DNA of 64,000 nt. Origin: Octopus vulgaris. Its lineage: Eukaryota. Location: NCBI GenBank assembly GCA_951406725.2, contig OX597835.1:50716001-50780000 (forward strand), read 5' to 3'. The notes under the pieces are model-generated. The model was given only the letters and a program-made list of their open reading frames with translations. It did not search any database and was not told the origin of the DNA. This document shows positions 54,867 to 64,000 of the stretch, in pieces (positions within the stretch are counted from its first letter, which is position 1; each line of letters begins with the position of its first letter). The position numbers were made by a program, and so were the translations under genes.

Positions 54867-57800
54867 CATCATCATCATCATCATCGTTTAACATCCGCTT
54901 TCCATGCTGGCATGGGTTGGACGGTTTGACTGAGGACTGGTGAGCCAGATGGCTGCACTAGGCTCCAAAGTGATCTGGCAGAGTTTCTACAGCTGGATAC
55001 CCTTCCTAATGTCAACCACTCCGAGAGTGTAGTGGGTGCTTTTACATGCCACCAGCATGAGGGCCAGTCAGGCAGTACTGGCAACAACCATGCTCAAATG
55101 TTGTTTTTTATGTGCCACCTGCACAGGAGCCAGTCCAGTGGCACTGGCAACGACCTCACTCAAATGTTGTTTTTCACATGCCACCAGCACAAGTGCCAGT
55201 AAGGCGATGCTGGTTACGATCACACTAGAATAGTAATTTTTATGTGCCACCAGCACGGGAGTCAGTCAGGGACCCTGGCAATGATCACATTTGGATGGTG
55301 CTTTTAATGTTCCACTGGCAATGGCATTCAGGAAGTGCTATCATCGGCCACATCAGCAAAATTTAATTTCACTTGCCTCAACAGGTCTTCGCAAGCAATG
55401 CATAAGTAGGCTGGTTATGTGACACTGGTATAGGCCACAGGTTGTGGTTTCACTTGGCTTGCCAGGTCTTCTTAAGCACAGCATATTTCCAAAGGTCCTG
55501 GTCACTACTCATTGCCTCGGTGAGGCCCAACGTTCAAAGGTTGTGCTTCACCACCCTATCCCAGGTCTTCCTGGGTCTACCCCTTCCACAGATTCCCTCA
55601 ACTGCTAGGGTGTGACACTTTTTCACACAGCTGTCCTCATCCATTCGCACAACATGTCCATACCAGTGCAGTTGTCTCTCTTGCACACCACATCTGATGC
55701 TTCTTAGGTCCAACTTTTTCTCTCAAGGAGCTTATGCATATTGACATTACACATCCATTGGCTTCATTCCTTGCATGCTTACGCATGTCCTCAGCAGTCA
55801 CAGCCCATGTTTCACTGCTATGTAGCACGGCTGTTCGTACAGCATACCTTTTACTCTGAGCAAGAGGCCTTTTGTTGCCAGCAGAGGTAGGAGCTCTCTG
55901 ACCTTTGCCCAGGCTATTCTTATTCTAGCAGCTACACTTTCAGAGCATCCACCCTCGCTACTGACTTGGTCACCTAGGTAACGGAAGTCATCAACTATTA
56001 GTTTTTCCCCTGGAATGTGACTGAAGCTGTTCTCTGCAAATTTCCAGTGTTTATTGCTCCTGAGCATCTGCCACATGCAAAAACAATCTTCCCAGTTAAT
56101 ATTTCTGCACCTCTTATGTGTCCATAGCTTACACTGGGTACACCTTATGGAGTTTCTACCTACGCCTTTTCTACAGATCAAGCAGGGCCAACTACCTGAA
56201 GGGATTTGTGGTTTGTCTGCCTTCCTACTTATTAAGACTTTGGTTTTAGCTAGGTTGATTCTAAGGCCCTTACCAGAAATATAGCATCTTACCAAAAATA
56301 TAGCATCAGTGGTGCTTTTCCATGGCACAAACCCAAACTGCATCTCGTCTAGACTGACCCTCTCCCTAATTAGTTGGGCTACAACCCTCTCCATGACCTT
56401 CATTACTTGATCCAACAACTTGATACCTCTGTAATTGTTTGTATCTAAAGTGTCACCTTTACCTTTGTAGCAGTTGACTATAGTGCAACTTACACCAGTC
56501 ATTGTGTATGACTCCTTCATGTAACACCTGGTTGACTATATGAGTGACTAAGCTATAGCCAACACTGCCAGATATTTTGAGCATCACTGTGGTGATTCCT
56601 GATGGGCCGGGGCTTTTCCTGTCTTCATACCCTTAATTGCTTTATCTACTAAGGTACTGTCAATTCGGATAGCTGGTCCCTCTGTTGTGTCGGCATTCAG
56701 CAAGCTCTCCCAGTCATTCTCTTTATTCAGCAACCTTTCATAGTGGTGTCTCCAAACCTCTCTCTTTGTAGAATCATTTAATGCACGTGAACCATCATCC
56801 ACGTGAAAACATTTGCCTCCTATGACATCATGATTTTCTCTCACACACTGTCTCACAGCACGAAATACCTCAAGTTTTTGGTTTTTATGGCACAGAACAT
56901 TGGCAAATTTTTTCTTATCTGCTTCCCTGCTGGCTAAATAAACCTGTCTCCTAGCTTCCCTTTTGACAGTCAGATATGATTCCCTGCTACCACCGTTCTT
57001 CCAGTCCTTCCAAGCCTGTCTCTTTTCTCTAATAGCCCTGTCAACAACATTATTCCACCACCATATTACGTTGGGTCTAGAGGAGACTTTGTACAATCCA
57101 CAGATCTGGTCAGTGGCCCTCAACAGGTTGTCTCATAGAAACCTCCAGTTGTCTTCCACATCATGTAATGTTATATACCCCTCTATTTCATCAAAAGCTT
57201 TGAGTAAAATGTCTCTAAATCTCTGTCCATTCACAGGATCATTAAGCTTCCAGACTCTTCATCTTCATGCTGGTTGTCTTCTGGGCGACCATTTAGTTCT
57301 GATCCTGAAGTCGCTAACTACTAGTCTATGTGGGGTACATTCTTTGCCTTGGAAGGTTTTGGCATTTATAAGTAGCCATCTTTCCCTTTTCCTGGTGAGG
57401 ATGTAGTCAATCTGACTAGTGTGTCTAGGTGACTGCTAGGTTTCCTGAAGTTAGTATTGCAAACCATAAGATCATTTGCATCGCAGAACTCCAGCAGCCT
57501 GGTTCCCTCTTCATTGCAGGAACCAAAACCATAGCTTCCATGTATGCCATGGAAGCTCTCTGCTTGTTGTCCATTGTCCATTGAAATCACCAGCCACAAA
57601 GAGAATATCCCTGTCATTTGTCGACAAGGTAGTTAGTAAGAGGGTGTCATAAAATCAGTTTTCTGTCCATCAGGTAGCTCCAGCTGAGGAGCATAGGCCA
57701 AGATAATGGTTGCTAACCCATGGTGAGGCACTAATCTAATCTTAAGTATTCTATTGCAGACTCTGACTACCTTGATTACCTTATCAATCCATTTCTCTGC

Positions 57801-57980
57801 AAGAAGTATACCCACGCACCCGACCCCATCAGTGTTCCCTGCCTAGAAGATCTTGTATCTATGTTCTTTGCCTGTGAGGAACCGAGCAGGGCTTCATCTC
57901 CACCTTACTCCTTGGATACAGCACAAATCTACACATCTCTGTTCAAGCATCTCAACAATCTCACCAGACCTACCTTTCAG
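54867..57980 (-). mobile_element. Near full-length degenerate RTE-clade LINE (APE endonuclease to (GAT)n tail), RT core deleted
   Basis: LKGRSGEIVEMLEQRCVDLCCIQGVRW, AYAPQ, YGFGSCNEEGTRLLEFC, WWWNNVV, NYRGIKLL, the PHD finger, UTR repeats and the tail are present; the YADD region is missing. Confidence 0.92.
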
Positions 57981-57996
57981 CTAGCTTTATTGTTGA

Positions 57997-59144
57997 CTAG
58001 CAGGATAGCCCGGCGTTGCCCAGGTATGTAAGAGCCCCTAGTAGGCAACGACTAATCCCAATCTAGTCCTTTCCCTCTAGGGAACGAAGGTGCATGTGTA
58101 GGTTGCAATGTCTTCTCTTCACTCCCAAATAACTATCAAACAGCTATCGATAATTCAATCCAACCAATTCCTACCAGGAAGAAATAACATTCGAGACTTT
58201 ACCCCCAACTTCTGCTAATAGCTGCTGCAGCCGCAAGTTATTCGAATACTTTTTTTGTTTAAACTTTCTTTATAACTACCACCCCAAAAGTTTTACTTTA
58301 AATTTTTGATGTACCCTAAGGGTCCTCGGACGCTACTTGCAAACTCTTGGTTTATTATAAACCGCTTTTGTCGTGTGCACCAAAATACCTTTTTCATTCG
58401 TTTGTTCAGTTTGGTCACTTTTGACTTTTTTGTTGTTGTCACTCACATTGCTGCCCGCTTTTTTGCCGTTTTTGTACATTTTTATACATTTTGAGATACT
58501 TACCCCACGTGTTCCGAGAGTTAAAAAGGTTGAGTTGCCTCCCCTAGACAGTCTGTGGTTTGTGTTTAATACACAAATCGGTTTGCTATGTGTGCCACAT
58601 ATGATTTAATTAACCGAATTTTTCCAGTAATAAAGTATCCTATTGCAATAAAAAGGGCCATATAGCTCCTTGGAGCAGACATGATGCTCGCTGTGAATTT
58701 AAAAAAAAATTCCTGCCAATTTGTGAAAGGTATTGTCGAAAATATATCATCTTGAATTCGAACGCGATTTCCCAAAATGGCATGATTTTATCGATTTTTT
58801 CTGATGGTAAGGTATTGCATGGAAAACTAACGTCAGAATTAAGTTTCTTAGGGTAACATTAAGCTTCACCATGAGTTTGGTGAAAATCGATTGCAAGTTG
58901 CGAAAACTACAACAGAAAATGTGTTGCATATAAAAAGTTTAGATTCTCGACCCCATGTCAAATTTATCGATTTTTTTCAGAACTGGGGGAACTTTTCAAA
59001 ATTTTCGCTGCGTTAGTTTTGAGTTATGACATTGGGCTATGTGTGTGTCAAGTTTCATCAGAATCGGTTGAAAGCCGTAGTCAGGGTGAGGGTACAACCT
59101 GACAGACACACAGACAGACAAACTGCCATTTATATAGAGAGAGA
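57997..59144 (-). mobile_element. Complete non-autonomous Helitron, about 1.15 kb
   Basis: The minus strand starts A|TCTCTCTCTATATAAATGGCAG and ends CCTGGGC-AAC-GCCGGG...CTAG|T. Confidence 0.88.
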
Positions 59145-59367
59145 TTATTCGGTCACTCCCAATCTAGAGTCTATAATCGCTTCGATGAACAGGAATAAAA
59201 TAAGGTACCGTAATGATAGAAATGATGACAGAAGTTTTAATGGAAAATTCATTAATGACATAGGAGATAGTAGTAATAGAAATAGTGCACCTTGTGAAAT
59301 CGATTATGAAAGAGGTATAAGAATGACTAATAACACAAATGATAATATGGATAATAATAATAATAAT

Positions 59368-59640
59368 AATAGGTATTAACACTTTAGCCGTCCCAGTTAT
59401 AAGTTACAGCTACAATATCCTTAACTGGACACTAAATGAACTGACCAAAATAGATAGGAAAACAAGAAAAATAATGACAGGATCTAGGATGCATCACCCA
59501 AAATCTGACATAGAAAGGCTATATATACAACGTATAGAAAGTGGTAGAGGCCTTATACAGCTGGAAAACTACTATAAAATAACCACCATAGGACAGCAAA
59601 AATATCTACTTCAGAAGGAAGGAAAACTGATACAAATAGT
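59368..59640 (+). mobile_element. Dong/R4-clade non-LTR retrotransposon fragment (post-RT thumb region)
   Basis: GINTLAVPVISYSYNILNWTLNELTKIDRKTRKIM...HHPKSDIERLYIQRIESGRGL is characteristic of R4/Dong; the 5' junction is in a (TAA)n run. Confidence 0.85.
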
Positions 59641-62600
59641 CTGACGTCTCAAGCATCTTACCGAACGATACCGGAGACATCCACTTGCCAACTGCTAGCC
59701 GTCAAAATAGTCTGGACCCCCTTGAGGTGCGACGGTCACCTAGAGCGTGACTATCCAGCGTGGGCCGACCCGTAAGCTCACGGGTCTGTTTCCGTTAACT
59801 TAGGGATCGGACCACGTCGTTGTATTTACCAGGTGTATATCGCCACAGACTCAGGGCGACTGACGGGTTCGGTCGCGGGTACATCCACGTGTACGTGGGC
59901 GATACCGCTAGCTTCGATTCGTTCTTTCTATATCGGGCACGGTAGCGCGGCGGAGCTCCGGTCGACTGGCGCAGGGCTGCCGCCATCGGTTCCTACCTAT
60001 ATTAGCCGCAGTTGTTATCTTTCGAGAATTTACGCTAAGGAACACGTCGATAGATAACAACTGCGGCTAGTATAGGTAGTGGCCGTCAGAGGTGGAGTTG
60101 CGCCATGCTTTCCCTGTTTCGGTTCGTTCTTTCGATATCGGGCAGGGTAGGGCGGCGGAGCAACGGGCGACCGGCGCAGGTATGCCGCTGGCGAGCCCGC
60201 GGCGCGTAGTCGAACAGGGAAAGGATGGCGCAACCCAACTACTGGCGGCCCATACCTATCCTAGCCGCAGTTATCTTTCGACGTTTTCCTTAGCGTAAAT
60301 TCCCTTGTATCTCGTGACAGCCTTCCGGCATCGGTCGCGGGTACGTCTACGTGTACGTGGGTTATACCGCGAGCTTAGATTCGTTCTTTCGATATCGAGC
60401 ATGGTAGTGCAGCGCGTAGTCGAACAGGGAAAACGAGGTGGCGTTAAAGCGGCGGCCACCCGCCGGGCTCACGGCGTCTCAGGCTGACGTCTCAGACATC
60501 ATGCCGAACGATCCCGGAGACATTCACCTGCAGACTGCTAGCACTCAATATAATCTGGAACCCCTTGGGGTGCGACGGCCACGTAGAGCGTGACTATCCA
60601 GCCGGGGCCGACCCACAAGGTTAAGGGTCTGATTTTTTTAACTTACGGGTCGGACCGCGTCACTGTATTTACCCGGTGCATATCGCCAAAGACTCCCGGT
60701 GACTGACGGCATCGGGAATTTGTGGGACGGACCACGTCACTGTATATTTCGATACCGGGCACGGTAACGCGGCGGAGCAACGGTCGACCGGTGCAGACCT
60801 GCAGCTGGCGGCCCCGCGGCGCGTCGTCGAACAGGGAAAGAAAGGTGGCGTTAAAGCGGCGGTCATTCGTCGGGCTCACGGTGTCTCAGACATCATGCCG
60901 AACGATCCCGGAGACATTCACCTGCAGACTGCTAGCCCTCAATATAGTCTGGAACCCCTTGGGGTGCGACGGTCACCTAGAGCGTTACTATCCAGCCGGG
61001 GCAGACCCACAAGCTTAAGGGTCTGATTTTTTTACCTTATGGGTCGGACCACGTCGCTGTATTTACCCGTTGCATACATGGCTACTGATGGCATCGGGAA
61101 TTTACGGGATAGACCATGTCACTGAATCGACCGCATGTACCTTTCGATATTAAGCACGGTACGTGGGCGATACCTCGAGCTTCGATTCGTTCTTACTAGG
61201 TCGGGCACAGTAACGCAGCGAAGCTCCAGGCGACTCCGCAAACCCTGCCGCTGTCGGTCCCTACCTATACTAGCCAGTTGTTATCTTTTGGGAATATTCG
61301 GGAGGGAGCACGTCGCTGTATTGACCGCGTGTATTTCGTGACAGAGATCCGGCATCGTTAGCGGCTACGCCCCGCGGACGTGGGCGATACCGCGAGCTTA
61401 AGTTCGTTCTTTCGATATCGGGAACGGTAGCAAGGCGGAGCAACGGGCGACTGGTGCAGGGCTGCCGCTGGCGACCACGCGACGCGTAGTCGAACGGTGA
61501 AATCAAGGCGGCGTGAAGGTGGCGGCGACCCGACGGGCTGACGGCGTCTTAGGCTGACGTCTCAGCTATTTTGCCGAACGATCCCGGAGACATCAACCTT
61601 CCGACTGCTAGGCCTCAATATAGTCTGGACCCCCTTTGGGTGTGACGGTCACCTAGAGCGTGACTGTCCAGCCTGGGCCGACCCGTCAGCTAACGGGTCT
61701 GTTTCCGTTAACTTTCGGGTCGGACCACGTGCATATCGCCACAGACTCTCGGCGACTGACGGGATCGGTCGCGGCTACGTACACGTGTGCATGGGCGGTA
61801 CTGCTAGCTTCGATTTGTTCTAACTAGATAATGCACGCTAGCGAGGCGGTGCTCCGGGCGACTGGGGCAGGTCTGCCGCTGGCAGCGCCTACCTATACCA
61901 GCCGCAGTAGTCATCTTTCATGAATTTACGGGACCGACCACGTCGCTGTATCGACTGCGTGTATTTCATGACAGAGATCCGGCATCGGTCGCGGGTACGT
62001 CCAAGTGTACGTGGGCGATACCGCTAGCTTAGGTTCGGTCTTTCGATATCGGGCAGGGTTGCGCGGCGGAGCAACGGGCGACCGGCGCAGGCCTGGCGCT
62101 GGTTGCGCAGGCCTGGCGCTGGCGGTGCAGGCGGCACGTAGTCGAAAGGTGAAAGCAAGATGGCGTGAAGGCGGCGGCCACATTACTGGCTGACGGCGTC
62201 TTAGGCTGACGTGTCAGGCATCTTGACTCTCTACCTGCCGACCGACCGGCCGAACTCGTGTTGGATATCGAGAACTCGGCTCAGAACTCGCCCCAGAACT
62301 CGCCGCTTCGTGCCTCGTCGATAACACTGATAACACACGGATACACTCAATCGTTGTCTTCGTCGATAACGTCGTATACTACTCAGACTCTCTAACTTCC
62401 GAACGACCGGCCGCACTCGTGCTCGATACCGCTCCCGACGGTATCCAGCTCACGTTCCCTGTTACTGGGTGAACAATCCAACGCTTTGCGAATTCTGCTT
62501 CGCAATGATAAGAAGAGCCGACAACGTAGGATCAAAAAGCGACATCAAGAGGCGGGCAAAGGCGGACATCAAGAGGCGGGCGAAGGCGGATGTGAAGATG

Positions 62601-64000
62601 CGGTGAAGGCGAGCGTCAAAAGGCGGGCGAACGCTGCGTCTGAAAGGCAGGCGGTGTGGCGGCGGAAATTCGAGGACGCGCCAGCCGCGTAGAGTCGATC
62701 TTGCACCGGCAAACGGGGAGCTAACCGTTGGCAGAAATGGGCGACGAGAAAATCCCTTTCAGACGGTCACCTATGCCGATCAGCCACAACCCTACATAGA
62801 AGTCTGGACCCCCTTGGGGTGCGACGGCCACCTAGAGCGTGACTATCCAGCGGTGGCCGACCCACAAGCTTACGGGTCTGATTTTTTTAACTTACGGGTC
62901 GGACCACGTTGCTGTATTTACCCGGTGCATATCGCGTAGTCAAACAGCGAAACAAGGCGGCGTGAAGGCGGCGGCCACCCGCGGGCTGACGGCATCTTAG
63001 GCCGACGTGTCAGGCACCTTGTCAAACGATGCCGGAGACATCCACCTGCTGACTGCTAGCCCTTAATATAGTCTATACCCCCTTGGGATGAGACGGCCAC
63101 CTCGAGCATGAATATCCGGCGTGCGCCGACCCGTAAGCTCACGGGTCTGTTTCCGTTAAGTCACAGGTCGGACCACGTCATTGTATTTACCCGGTGCATA
63201 TCGCCACAGACTCCCGGCGACTGATTGTATCGGTCGCGGCTTACGTCCACGTGTGCGTGTGCGATACTGCTAGCTTCGATTCGTACTTACTAGATCATGC
63301 ACGGTAGCGCAGAGGAGCGCCAGGCGACTTGCGCAGGCCAGCCGCTGGCAGCACCTACCTATACTAGCCCCAGTTGTCATCATTCAGGAATTTACGTGAA
63401 GGAACACGTCGCTGTATTGACCGCGTGTATCTCGTGACAGCCTTCTGACATCGGTCGCGGCTACGTCCAAGTGTACGTGGGCGATCACGCGAGCATAGGT
63501 TCGTTCTTTTGATATCCGGCACGATAGCGCGGCGGAACAACGGGCGACCGAAGCAGGTCTGTCGCTGGCGGCGCTGCGGCGATTAGTCGAAACGTGAAAG
63601 CAAGATGGCGTGAAGGCGATGGCCACACGCCGGGCTCATGGCGTCTTAGGCTGACGTGTAAGGCATCTTGACGAACGATGCCGGAGACATCCACCAGCCA
63701 AATTCTAGCCCTCAATATAGTTCGGACCCCCTTGGGGTGCGACGGTCAACTAGAGCGTGACTATCCAGCGTGGGCCGACCCGTAAACTCACGGGTTGGTT
63801 TCCGTTAACTTACGGGTCGGTCCACGTCGTTGTATTTACCCGGTGCATATCGCCACAGACTCCAGGCGACTGAAGGGATCGGTCGCGGCTACGTCCATGT
63901 GTACGTTTGTGATACCGCAAGCTTCGATTCGGTTTTACTAGATCGGGCAAGGTAGCGCGGAGGAGTTCCGGGCGACTGGCGCAGGCCTGGCGCAAACGTC
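59641..64000. repeat. GC/CpG-rich complex tandem repeat (unit about 650-680 bp, rearranged), running off the window end
   Basis: The core AGTCTGGACCCCCTTGGGGTGCGACGGTCACCTAGAGCGTGACTATCCAGC recurs at about 59709, 60553, 60946, 61622, 62801, 63070 and 63719. Confidence 0.95.
62432..62546 (-). pseudogene. Degenerate 28S rRNA fragment (domain V, peptidyl-transferase centre)
   Basis: The minus strand reads GTCGCTTTTTGATCCT.CG.TGTCGGCTCTTC.TATCATTGCGAAGCAGAATTCGC.AAGCGTTGGATTGTTCACCCA.TAA.AGGGAACGTGAGCTGG, the conserved eukaryotic LSU rRNA sequence with several substitutions and a small deletion. Confidence 0.93.

Noticed and set aside
59026-59379. 117-aa N-rich ORF
   Set aside because: It spans a Helitron end and degenerate (AAT)n sequence, and no domain was recognised.
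62432-62546. Functional rDNA unit
   Set aside because: It is only 115 bp, is mutated at conserved positions, and has no flanking 28S, 5.8S or 18S sequence.
59795-63995. Short R/A/P-rich ORFs in the GC-rich array
   Set aside because: The frames are not preserved between monomers and are expected by chance at high GC.
59641-64000. CRISPR array or bacterial contamination
   Set aside because: There is no short repeat/unique spacer pattern, no cas genes and no gene-dense coding; the embedded rRNA fragment is eukaryotic.

Overview
This is eukaryotic, AT-rich, repeat-saturated genomic DNA. The repeat inventory (kb-long TA/TACA microsatellites, tRNA-derived SINEs, RTE, CR1 and Dong/R4 LINEs, Helitrons) suggests a coleoid cephalopod such as Octopus, but that is an inference. 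No intact host protein-coding gene can be called, and the long ORFs at 2.8-9.2 kb are microsatellite artefacts. Supported elements are: a full-length degenerate mariner (6460-7747), three CR1-like LINE pieces set in TA microsatellite, several RTE-clade LINE copies whose RT carries an embedded PHD-type finger, an internally deleted piggyBac, seven Helitron pieces (two helicase remnants, three complete non-autonomous copies, two lone ends), many SINEs, and two Penelope-type minimal hammerhead ribozyme candidates. There are also several very clean inverted repeats and weak signs of a minus-strand spliced transcript starting near 48.4 kb. From 59641 to the window end the sequence changes abruptly to a GC/CpG-rich, strongly self-complementary tandem repeat with a unit of about 650-680 bp. 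This array truncates a Dong/R4 LINE and contains a 115-bp degenerate fragment of the 28S rRNA peptidyl-transferase centre; it is the most unusual structure in the window. Coordinates were counted by hand, and the ends of degenerate elements are approximate.
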